Source of the DNA: Candidatus Poribacteria bacterium
GTDB taxonomy: Bacteria; Poribacteria; WGA-4E; UBA9662
NCBI GenBank assembly: GCA_046582655.1
Contig: JAYGDX010000348.1
Location: 1-48,973, forward strand
DNA length: 48,973 nucleotides
Reading direction: 5' to 3'
The notes under the pieces are model-generated. The model searched no databases, was not told the origin of the DNA, and was given only the letters and a program-made list of their open reading frames with translations. Below are positions 1 to 8,181 of this stretch, piece after piece; the first letter of the stretch is position 1; each line of letters opens with the position of its first letter. The position numbers and the translations under genes were made by a program.

Positions 1-5
1 GTAAC

Positions 6-773
6 TTGAAGTATTTTTTTATTTGCTTGATGACACTTTTAACTATCTTGCCACTACAAGCACAGGATATCTTAAAAGATCTGGTATTAGCTCTAACTTT
101 TGATGAAGGTGCAGGCCAAACAGTCAAAGATAAATCTGGAAAGGGAAACGATGCTAAAATCGACGGAAAAATAGACTGGATTGATGGAAAGATTGGTGGC
201 GGATTCCAGTTTGACGGCAAGACGTGGGTCATTGCGCCACATATTCCCTTCAATGAAAGAGATTTCACCGTTCAGTTCTGGGTGAAATCTGAATTAATTG
301 GTGATCAAGAAATTATATTTTCTCAACATGAGAAGAATAGTAAAAACTTGAGTTTACATTTGCGCCTCTATAACATGGGTAAAGTTCGGCTTGGCTACTA
401 CGGAAACGATCTTGATTCTGAAAACGGATTGGTGGAAAAGAATAAGTGGCATAACCTCACCTTCTGGGTTGATGATTCCAAAAAGTCCAGAAGAATTTAT
501 GTTGATGGTGAAAAAGTGGCAGAAGGAGTAAGCGACGGAGGATACATGGGTGCTCAAGGTGAAACCATTATCGGCGGTTGGGATCGTGTTGACAAAGGAT
601 TAGGTAAAGCGTATCAAGTATACATGGGCGCTGTAGACGAAGTTAGAGTTTGGTCGAGAGCACTAGAGGAAAATGAGATTTTAGAAAGCATGAAAACCGA
701 GATGCCTGTCAATGCTAAAGGTAAAGTCACCACCCTTTGGAGCCGCATTAAGAAGGGGGGTCATATTTTCTAA
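6..773 (+). CDS. Secreted LamG-like jellyroll (concanavalin A-like) domain protein with C-terminal GK-x-T-x-W tail
   Basis: Signal peptide (LPLQA/QD); LamG hallmarks LALTFDEGAG..D.SG.GN, WHNLTF, YVDG, IGG, GAVDEVRVWSRAL; tail PVNAKGKVTTLWSRIK. The frame is open to the window edge, so the TTG start is uncertain. Confidence 0.85.
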   Translation: MKYFFICLMTLLTILPLQAQDILKDLVLALTFDEGAGQTVKDKSGKGNDAKIDGKIDWIDGKIGGGFQFDGKTWVIAPHIPFNERDFTVQFWVKSELIGDQEIIFSQHEKNSKNLSLHLRLYNMGKVRLGYYGNDLDSENGLVEKNKWHNLTFWVDDSKKSRRIYVDGEKVAEGVSDGGYMGAQGETIIGGWDRVDKGLGKAYQVYMGAVDEVRVWSRALEENEILESMKTEMPVNAKGKVTTLWSRIKKGGHIF

Positions 774-893
774 GTCGGCAACTTGCGTCTGTAAATGTTT
801 GCTTTTAGAGCAGATGACGCAAATTACTAAATCACCATCTATTGGTGATTATTAATTTTCAATACCAATTACAAATTAATAAGGAGATTTAAT

Positions 894-1688
894 ATGATTG
901 ATGATGGAATGAAACGCTATGGAATATACCTTGTTCTGGGTATATTTTGCTGTTTCGCTTTTACTTCAAGCAACGTGCAATCAAAGCTGACGGATGGTTT
1001 AGTCTTAGCACTATCTTTTGAAGAAGGGAAAGGAAATTCTGCTGCGGATTCATCCCCAGCAGGTAATGATGCTAAGGTTGATGGTAAAGCGGACTGGGTT
1101 GATGGCAAGCATGGAAAAGGAATTAATATCGATGAAAACACATGGCTAGTAGCACCCTATATTCCGTTTAATGAAAAAGATTTCACGGTACAATTCTGGT
1201 TCAATTGCAAACTCCATAAGGGCGTTATATTTTCGCAATACGAAAAAAACGCCAAAAACTTGAGTCTGCACTTTCGTTTGGGTGATGCAGGTAAAGTGGA
1301 TTTGGGGTTTTATGGGAATGACTTGGCAACCAAAGACGGGGTTGTAACCTCAGGAGCTTGGCATAACCTGACTTTTGTCATGGATGTATCCAACAAGACT
1401 CGTAAAACATATGTGGATGGTGAAGAAAAAGCATCCGACAAACCCGCAACATTATATGCTGCCAAGACTGGTGATACTATCATCGGCGGTTGGAACCGAG
1501 TTGATAAAGGTGTGAAGAAAGCCTATCAAAAGTACATTGGCAAGGTTGATGAGGTTAGAGTTTGGTCGAGAGCACTTAGTCAAGATGAAATCATAGCCAG
1601 TATAGAAAAAGCGTCATTGGGCACCTCAACACCGGTTGACTCTTCCGGTAAGATAACAACAACATGGGGGATGTTGAAATCTGATTAG
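894..1688 (+). CDS. Secreted LamG-like domain protein, tandem paralog of 6..773
   Basis: AAGGAG RBS at 881; signal peptide; colinear with the upstream ORF (KNLSLH, WHNLTF, IIGGW.RVDKG, VDEVRVWSRAL); tail PVDSSGKITTTWGMLK. Confidence 0.88.
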   Translation: MIDDGMKRYGIYLVLGIFCCFAFTSSNVQSKLTDGLVLALSFEEGKGNSAADSSPAGNDAKVDGKADWVDGKHGKGINIDENTWLVAPYIPFNEKDFTVQFWFNCKLHKGVIFSQYEKNAKNLSLHFRLGDAGKVDLGFYGNDLATKDGVVTSGAWHNLTFVMDVSNKTRKTYVDGEEKASDKPATLYAAKTGDTIIGGWNRVDKGVKKAYQKYIGKVDEVRVWSRALSQDEIIASIEKASLGTSTPVDSSGKITTTWGMLKSD

Positions 1689-1720
1689 TGTTTCATAATA
1701 AATAGATCTGAATCGTATTT

Positions 1721-1759
1721 AGGCGATGGGTAAAAACGGAACAGCCCATCGCCTTTTTT
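1721..1759 (+). terminator. Rho-independent terminator after the LamG pair
   Basis: Perfect 10-bp stem AGGCGATGGG (1721-1730)/CCCATCGCCT (1745-1754) followed by a T-run. Confidence 0.8.
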
Positions 1760-1923
1760 CTGTTGTTCCTAACGCATTTGTATCATGCATGGCACCTTTG
1801 GTAGATGTCGACATATAGATCTATACTCACTCCACTTGACATCAAACTTTGTATCATCCAAATGGAAGTTGATCTTTATTATATATCTGTTTTCACAATT
1901 GACAGCTAAACTGGGTTAAGCAC

Positions 1924-1952
1924 TTGACTTCGCTATATCGGTCCAGTAAAAT
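1924..1952 (+). promoter_or_regulatory. Sigma70-type promoter for iscS
   Basis: TTGACT (1924-1929), 17-nt spacer, TAAAAT (1947-1952), 25 nt before the ATG. Confidence 0.65.
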
Positions 1953-1977
1953 TACCCTTTGAGCAGGAAGGGATAAA

Positions 1978-3183
1978 ATGGAAGCAACGTTCCAAAAAAT
2001 TTACATGGATCATCATGCTACAACCCCCTTGGATCCACGTGTATTAGAAGCGATGATGCCTTACCTTACCGATGAGTTTGGTAATGCTTCAAGTAATACT
2101 CATGCTTTTGGATGGCGAGCCAAAGAAGCTGTAGATTTAGCACGCCAGCAGGTAGCGCGGCTCATCGGATCCAGTCCTGAAGAGATTATTTTCACCAATG
2201 GCGCGACAGAATCCGATAATCTGGTGATTAAAGGCATTTCCCAGCAATATCGTCGAAAAGGAAACCATCTCATTACTTCTCAGATTGAACATAGTGCAAT
2301 TCTTGAGTCCTGTAAAGTGCTTGAAAAAGACGGGTTTGAAGTCACATATCTACCGGTTGATCAATACGGTATGGTTGATCCTCAAGATGTTAAAGATGCC
2401 ATCACTGATCAGACAATTCTAATTAGTATCATCTATGCCAGTAATGAAGTGGGAACAATTAATCCATTGAGTGAAATCGGAGAGATTTCACGGAATTATG
2501 ACGTGCTATTTCACTCGGATGCGGTGCAGGGAATTGGAAAGATTGAGTCAAACGTTGATGCTTTGAAAGTGGATTTGATGTCGCTAACGGCACACAAAAT
2601 GTACGGACCGAAGGGGATCGGTGCGCTCCATATCCGGAGTAAACGCCCTAAAATCCGGATAACGCCGCAAAACCATGGTGGCGGTCAGGAAGCTAAAATT
2701 CGTTCTGGAACACTGAACGTTCCCGGTATCGTCGGTTTTGGCAAAGCATGCGAAATTTCCCAATCTGAAATGGATACTGAAGCAAAACACCTTACACATC
2801 TGCGTAATCAGTTCTGCCAAAGGATATCCGAAAGTATTGACTTCATACATCTGCATGGTCACCCAAAAAAACGATTACCAGGCAACTTAAACGTTAGCTT
2901 TGAATTTGTCGAGAGTTTGTCCTTACTTGAAAACCTCAGCGGTATAGCATTATCAACTGGTTCTGCTTGTTCGTCATCATCAATGGAGGCTTCGCGTGTA
3001 TTGATAGCCATGGGGGTTGAAGAAGAACTGGCTCGATCACCAATCCGTTTTGGGTTAGGACGTAGTAATACGTTAGATCAGGTCGACTTTGTTGCTGCAC
3101 GATTGGAAGAGCAGGTGACAAAGTTGCGAAATCTGTCTCCGATATACAAAATGGTCCGAAAAGGTGAATATCAAACGAGGTGA
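1978..3183 (+). CDS. iscS: Cysteine desulfurase, IscS/NifS group I
   Basis: IYMDHHATTP, FTNGATES, HSDAVQ, PLP lysine in TAHKMYGPKG, RSGTLNVPGI, catalytic Cys in STGSACSS. Confidence 0.93.
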   Translation: MEATFQKIYMDHHATTPLDPRVLEAMMPYLTDEFGNASSNTHAFGWRAKEAVDLARQQVARLIGSSPEEIIFTNGATESDNLVIKGISQQYRRKGNHLITSQIEHSAILESCKVLEKDGFEVTYLPVDQYGMVDPQDVKDAITDQTILISIIYASNEVGTINPLSEIGEISRNYDVLFHSDAVQGIGKIESNVDALKVDLMSLTAHKMYGPKGIGALHIRSKRPKIRITPQNHGGGQEAKIRSGTLNVPGIVGFGKACEISQSEMDTEAKHLTHLRNQFCQRISESIDFIHLHGHPKKRLPGNLNVSFEFVESLSLLENLSGIALSTGSACSSSSMEASRVLIAMGVEEELARSPIRFGLGRSNTLDQVDFVAARLEEQVTKLRNLSPIYKMVRKGEYQTR

Positions 3184-4568
3184 GAACGAAACTGGTTTTA
3201 GTTGTCTTTCTCTGTGTTTGCCTTGGTATATTTACCACGTGCAGTAATGATGAGGAGGAAACAACAGAGCAATCTCTAGCAGAAGCTCCATCTGCTGCAA
3301 CTTGGTTAGTTATTCAAGATCAGATTTTGTCTCGAAGATGTGTATCATGCCACCAGGACGGGACGTCTGAAGCCCTTCAGTCGGAATTGATCCTTACACC
3401 TGATGTTGCATATAATCAATTGATCAACCGTACACCGAAAAATCTTACCGCTCGCGCGGGTGGTTTGACGCTTATTGGAACAGAAGGATCTAAGAGCCTG
3501 GCTAAAAGTTTTCTGTGGGAAAAGATTAATGCGCCTAATGAAGATCATTTCTATCAAGATCATCCAAGCTACGGCACTATTATGCCGCCTCCTCCATTAC
3601 CCCCACTTACATACGGTGAATTGGAATTCATTAGGAAATGGATTATAGAAGGCGTTCCCAAAGCAGCCGTGGTTGCAGATCCTAGATTGCTTGAGAATAT
3701 AGACCAATATCAACCTCAAGTTGCGTTTGTCCCTCCTTTACCACCCAAAGAAGGCAAACAGTTGCATGTGAAACAGTTTGAAATTCAACCCAATTCTGAA
3801 CGTGAATTTTTTTATTATCAACCACTGAATAATCCTGAGCCAATCTATATTAATCAGGTAGAGGTTTCGATGAAACCTGGAAGTCACCATTTTCTCATAT
3901 ATGGTTTTCAGAGAAACACACCAGCGTTTATGATTCCACAGCCCCATATCTATCGTGAGTTGAGAGATGCAAATGGAAATTACATTCTTGCCACTATTCA
4001 ATCGATGAGATTTCATACTTTCGTTGCGGGTACCCAATGGCCCAAGATGAATTACGAATTTCCTGCTGGAATCGCATTGAAGATTCCAGCCAATTATGGG
4101 TTTGATTTAAACTCACATTATGTGAATCGTACAAATTCGGAGGTGGCAGGTGAAGTATATGTTAATCTGCACTATGCGGACCCAAAACAGATTGAACACA
4201 CAGCAGATGTGATCGCCTTTACTAATTTTGATATTCGATTACCCCCACATCAAATTACTACTCTGCAAAAAACCTTTAATTTTAAAAAAAGAGTTCACAT
4301 TTTTCAGCTCTTCTCGCACGCTCACGAACTGAATACCGAGTTTCGAGTTGAGATTAGTGGTGGTGCAAGAAATGGTGAAGAAATTTATTTCACTGACGAT
4401 TGGGAACATCCACCCATACTGGAATTAGATCCGCCGCTCGTTTTAGATGCTGGGCGAGGGTTTAAACTAATAGCTACATACAATAATACACGGGATAAGG
4501 AAGTCGGTTTTGGATTCCTCAGTACAGACGAGATGATGATTCTCTTTGGTCTGTATTACACCGATTAA
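3180..4568 (+). CDS. Probable lipoprotein: N-terminal cytochrome c-type domain fused to a copper type II (PHM/DBM-like) monooxygenase domain
   Basis: Hydrophobic N-terminus ending FTTC; CVSCH heme motif; Cu ligand pattern SHH..NSHY..SHAH..DEMM; GTGA overlap with the iscS stop. Confidence 0.72.
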   Translation: MRTKLVLVVFLCVCLGIFTTCSNDEEETTEQSLAEAPSAATWLVIQDQILSRRCVSCHQDGTSEALQSELILTPDVAYNQLINRTPKNLTARAGGLTLIGTEGSKSLAKSFLWEKINAPNEDHFYQDHPSYGTIMPPPPLPPLTYGELEFIRKWIIEGVPKAAVVADPRLLENIDQYQPQVAFVPPLPPKEGKQLHVKQFEIQPNSEREFFYYQPLNNPEPIYINQVEVSMKPGSHHFLIYGFQRNTPAFMIPQPHIYRELRDANGNYILATIQSMRFHTFVAGTQWPKMNYEFPAGIALKIPANYGFDLNSHYVNRTNSEVAGEVYVNLHYADPKQIEHTADVIAFTNFDIRLPPHQITTLQKTFNFKKRVHIFQLFSHAHELNTEFRVEISGGARNGEEIYFTDDWEHPPILELDPPLVLDAGRGFKLIATYNNTRDKEVGFGFLSTDEMMILFGLYYTD

Positions 4569-4628
4569 ATTAAAAATCATTTAATTAAGCACTTAGTTAG
4601 TATAGCTACTTCACTCGAAAGGAAAAAC

Positions 4629-5579
4629 ATGAAGCTTTTTGGGAAGAAAAAGGATGAGGAACAACTGGATCAGGACAAAACAAAGTCAAAGACCGTAGCG
4701 CATCCTGAACTGAAAGTTATTAGTGGGTCCTCGGTTTCCAAACCCACCCCAGCGCCACAGCAAGCACCCCCTGAACCAGTGGATGAAGAATTGATTCCAC
4801 AGGTGGATAACGTAATCATGGTTGCTAGTGGGAAAGGTGGGGTGGGGAAATCCACCGTTGCCGTGAATATTGCAATTGCTTTATCAGAAGTGTGTGATAA
4901 AGTTGGCTTGTTGGATTCAGATGTCTATGGTCCCAGTATCCCTACCATGATGGGGATCAAGGAACAACCTAAAACAACTGAAGACAAAAAACTTATTCCG
5001 TTGCAACGCCATAATATTTCATTAATGTCAATTGGATTCATGGTTAGTGAAGAGCAAGCTTTAATTTGGCGTGGACCAATGATTCACAGTGCGATTCGCC
5101 AAATGTTAGGGGATGTCATATGGGATGAACTTGATTACTTGGTAATTGATATGCCGCCGGGGACTGGAGATGCCCAGTTGTCGATAAGCCAAACACTACC
5201 ATTGACGGGAGCAGTAATCGTTACCACGCCGCAGGATGTTGCACTAGCCGATGTGCGGCGTTCAATTGGCATGTGTAACCGAATGAATGTTCCCATTCTT
5301 GGTATAATTGAGAATATGAGTTATTTTATTAATCCAGAAAACCAACAACGAGTAGCTATATTCGGATCTGGTGGTGGAAAGAAGATGAGTGAGGATCTAG
5401 GTATACCATTACTTGGTCAAATCCCAATTGACCCACAAATCTGTGAATGCGGGGATCTGGGCGTGCCAATTACAGCCGCTTACCCTGAATCTCCCCAGTC
5501 TGAAGCTTTTCGGCATATAACACAACAACTTGTTGAACAAGTAGAAGAGATTGAACAGGATGAACTAAAAATCACTTGA
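4629..5579 (+). CDS. mrp: Mrp/NBP35/ApbC-family P-loop ATPase (Fe-S carrier)
   Basis: ASGKGGVGKST, DSDVYGPS, WRGPM, DMPPGTGD, VTTPQ, IENMS. Confidence 0.92.
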   Translation: MKLFGKKKDEEQLDQDKTKSKTVAHPELKVISGSSVSKPTPAPQQAPPEPVDEELIPQVDNVIMVASGKGGVGKSTVAVNIAIALSEVCDKVGLLDSDVYGPSIPTMMGIKEQPKTTEDKKLIPLQRHNISLMSIGFMVSEEQALIWRGPMIHSAIRQMLGDVIWDELDYLVIDMPPGTGDAQLSISQTLPLTGAVIVTTPQDVALADVRRSIGMCNRMNVPILGIIENMSYFINPENQQRVAIFGSGGGKKMSEDLGIPLLGQIPIDPQICECGDLGVPITAAYPESPQSEAFRHITQQLVEQVEEIEQDELKIT

Positions 5580-5615
5580 TTTTTTCAGTACTGATTTTAT
5601 AGGAACATAGGAACT

Positions 5616-5659
5616 GAGATAGTATTCAATAACATAGGTTGAAGGTATCTCGTTTTTTT
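5616..5659 (+). terminator. Possible intrinsic terminator between mrp and glcD
   Basis: Interrupted stem GAGATA..TTCAA/TTGAA..TATCTC followed by G and T7. Confidence 0.4.
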
Positions 5660-5682
5660 GCTGACTGGAATAAGGAGTATTG

Positions 5683-7086
5683 ATGCCAGGACACGAACTG
5701 CTTGTGCAGGAACTGACGGATTTGCTAGGAGTAGAGGATGTAATCACTGATGATATTTCACTCAAGGTATACGAATGTGATGGGGCAGAATTCTTTAAGG
5801 CACTCCCGGATGTTGTCGTTTTTCCAGATTCAGCACAGGAAATTTCGCAAATCGTGAAACTTGCTAACAAATACAATAGACCCTATGTTGCTCGCGGTGC
5901 TGGAACAGGGCTCAGTGGTGGGACACTGCTGGTAAACGCAGGGATTATGATTGCCATGAATAAAATGAATCGGATTCTTGAGATTGATCTTGAAAATCGA
6001 CAGGCAACAATTGAACCTGGTGTTGTTAATTTGATGTTGACGCAAGCTGTACAGGATGATGGTTATCATTACGCGCCAGATCCTTCCAGCCAGCAGGCTT
6101 GCAGTATTGGTGGAAATATTGCTGAAAATTCAGGAGGCCCACATACACTGAAGTATGGTGTTACCACCAACCATATTTTAGGAATGGAGGTCGTACTGCC
6201 TAACGGCGAAATTATTGAGTTTGGTGGACCGGTTGAAGAAGCTTTAGGCTACGATCTGCGTGGTTTGATGATAGGGTCTGAAGGCACATTCGGCATTGTA
6301 ACCAAAGCGATTGTCCGGTTAACACGAAATCCACAAGCATACTACACCATGCTAGGTGTGTTTGAAACGATTGATGATGCTACTGGTGCAGTATCAAGTA
6401 TAATTGCCGATGGAATCGTGCCTGCTGCTCTGGAGATGATGGATAATTTAGTTATTCGTGCTGTCGAAGAGGCTTTCAGTTGGGGGTTGCCGACCGATGC
6501 TGGTGCAGTACTGATTGTCGAACTTGATGGTGTAGAAGCTGGAATGTCTGATGAAGCCAACCAGATAATTCAAATACTGGAAGATCATCATTCTCGAGAG
6601 GTTCGAACAGCGAAAGATGACGAAGATCGGAAAAAATTGTGGACTGCTCGCAAGCGTGCCTTTGGTGCACTTGGTTTACTGGCACCAAACTATATTACGC
6701 AAGATGGCACAGTGCCAAGGTCTCAACTGCCTAAAATGCTTCAGTTTATTGGTGAGGTCTCCCAGAAATATGACATTCCGATTGCCAATGTCTTTCATGC
6801 CGGCGACGGGAATCTTCATCCCATTGTACTTTTTGACAAAAGGGATTCGGATCAAGTAGAACGTGTTCATGCTGTTAATAAAGAGATTCTTCAAGCGTGC
6901 GCTGATGCTGGTGGAACAATTTCAGGTGAGCATGGAATCGGGGTGGAAAAACAGGAGTTTATGCCGCTAATATTTTCAGAGGAAGATATGGATTTGATGG
7001 TTACGATTCGGAATATTTTTAACCCAAAACAGTTATGTAATCCTAAAAAAATCTTCCCAGTTGATGAAAGTATAGGGATCGCATAA
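5683..7086 (+). CDS. glcD: FAD-linked glycolate oxidase subunit GlcD-like
   Basis: AAGGAG RBS; ARGAGTGLSGG, PDPSS, GGNIAENSGG, LKYGVT, GSEGT, HAGDGNLHP, SGEHGIG. Confidence 0.9.
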   Translation: MPGHELLVQELTDLLGVEDVITDDISLKVYECDGAEFFKALPDVVVFPDSAQEISQIVKLANKYNRPYVARGAGTGLSGGTLLVNAGIMIAMNKMNRILEIDLENRQATIEPGVVNLMLTQAVQDDGYHYAPDPSSQQACSIGGNIAENSGGPHTLKYGVTTNHILGMEVVLPNGEIIEFGGPVEEALGYDLRGLMIGSEGTFGIVTKAIVRLTRNPQAYYTMLGVFETIDDATGAVSSIIADGIVPAALEMMDNLVIRAVEEAFSWGLPTDAGAVLIVELDGVEAGMSDEANQIIQILEDHHSREVRTAKDDEDRKKLWTARKRAFGALGLLAPNYITQDGTVPRSQLPKMLQFIGEVSQKYDIPIANVFHAGDGNLHPIVLFDKRDSDQVERVHAVNKEILQACADAGGTISGEHGIGVEKQEFMPLIFSEEDMDLMVTIRNIFNPKQLCNPKKIFPVDESIGIA

Positions 7087-8174
7087 TGAGTACAGAGCGA
7101 CGACTAGGACCTATCTCACATCGGATTATGATCTATGCCTTTTCTGCTATCCTAACCTTGCTTTTAACATGGGCAATCGAATACGTCTTGCGTGATATTG
7201 GTGATATTCAAGGCCCGAATTGGGAGGAAATAGAAGAAGAATCAATTGGCAGTGAATTACTCAATCAGCAACAGGAATTTGAAGATAAGAGGAAAGCTAT
7301 TGTTGGTCAAATCAGCAACGAAACAGAAAACCAACGAATTCTTAAAACCAGTATGGGCAGCTCAAAGGAAGCAATGGAACAGTTGTTAGGCCTGCAGCGA
7401 CTGGCTTTGGAGAAAAATGTCAAACCAACCTCAGATCAGCAAAATGCTATGGCAGAAAGCCAAACTTTATACCTTGCCAATCAGAAACAATTTCAAAAAG
7501 CAAATGATCAGATTGCTAATTTAACAAATCAGCAACGCCAACTTCAGCAGGAAATAGATGTAGTTTCGAAAAAAATTGACAATCAGAGTAACCAAGCTCG
7601 GGAGGAATACAGGTCTTTAGAACAGAGTCACCAGTGGAAGACAGCAGGTTTGAAATTACTGGTTGTTATCCCACTCTTAATAGGTACAACGTGGTTACTC
7701 ATCCAAAAAAGAAAAAGCAATTTCGCTCCCCTTATCTTTGCTGGTTTCATCGCTACTTGCATCGAAACCGGAATAATTATGCACCAGTATCTTCCAGTGG
7801 ATTTTTTTAAGTATATTTTAATTGGAGTTTCAATTCTTGCTGTTATTATTATCTTAAGGCACTTGATTCGGCTGGCGTCCTCCCCCCAAAAAGATTGGTT
7901 ATTAAAGCAGTATAAGGAAGCATATAGAAAGTGGCTTTGTCCCATCTGTAATTTTCCAATTCGTCGTGGTCTTCGCAAAGAAGTCGATTGGAGTTCGCGC
8001 AAGCTTAAAGGAGCGATTCCCGTTTGGCAAAAGGAAGAAGACAATTCTGAACAACCCTACACTTGTCCTTCGTGTGGCCAAACCCTCTATGAAAGATGTG
8101 GGGATTGTCAATATATTCGTCATTCTTTACTACCATTTTGCGAAATATGCAGTGGTCAAAAGGAAATGGGATAG
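7086..8174 (+). CDS. Hypothetical membrane protein: TM, Q/E-rich coiled coil, 3 TM, then four CxxC (double zinc ribbon)
   Basis: Hydrophobic segments; heptad-like Q-rich region; CPIC, CPSC, CGDC, CEIC; TAATG overlap with glcD. Confidence 0.8.
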   Translation: MSTERRLGPISHRIMIYAFSAILTLLLTWAIEYVLRDIGDIQGPNWEEIEEESIGSELLNQQQEFEDKRKAIVGQISNETENQRILKTSMGSSKEAMEQLLGLQRLALEKNVKPTSDQQNAMAESQTLYLANQKQFQKANDQIANLTNQQRQLQQEIDVVSKKIDNQSNQAREEYRSLEQSHQWKTAGLKLLVVIPLLIGTTWLLIQKRKSNFAPLIFAGFIATCIETGIIMHQYLPVDFFKYILIGVSILAVIIILRHLIRLASSPQKDWLLKQYKEAYRKWLCPICNFPIRRGLRKEVDWSSRKLKGAIPVWQKEEDNSEQPYTCPSCGQTLYERCGDCQYIRHSLLPFCEICSGQKEMG

Positions 8175-8181
8175 ATTCCGG

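Noticed and set aside
1777..1860. Repeated TTTGTATCAT upstream of iscS as an IscR/Rrf2 site
   Set aside because: Two short copies about 70 nt apart, no match to a consensus I can vouch for, and no regulator gene nearby.
7966..8181. N-terminal 72-aa extension of glcE
   Set aside because: It overlaps the Cys-rich end of the upstream gene; GlcE-like sequence begins at ATG 8182.
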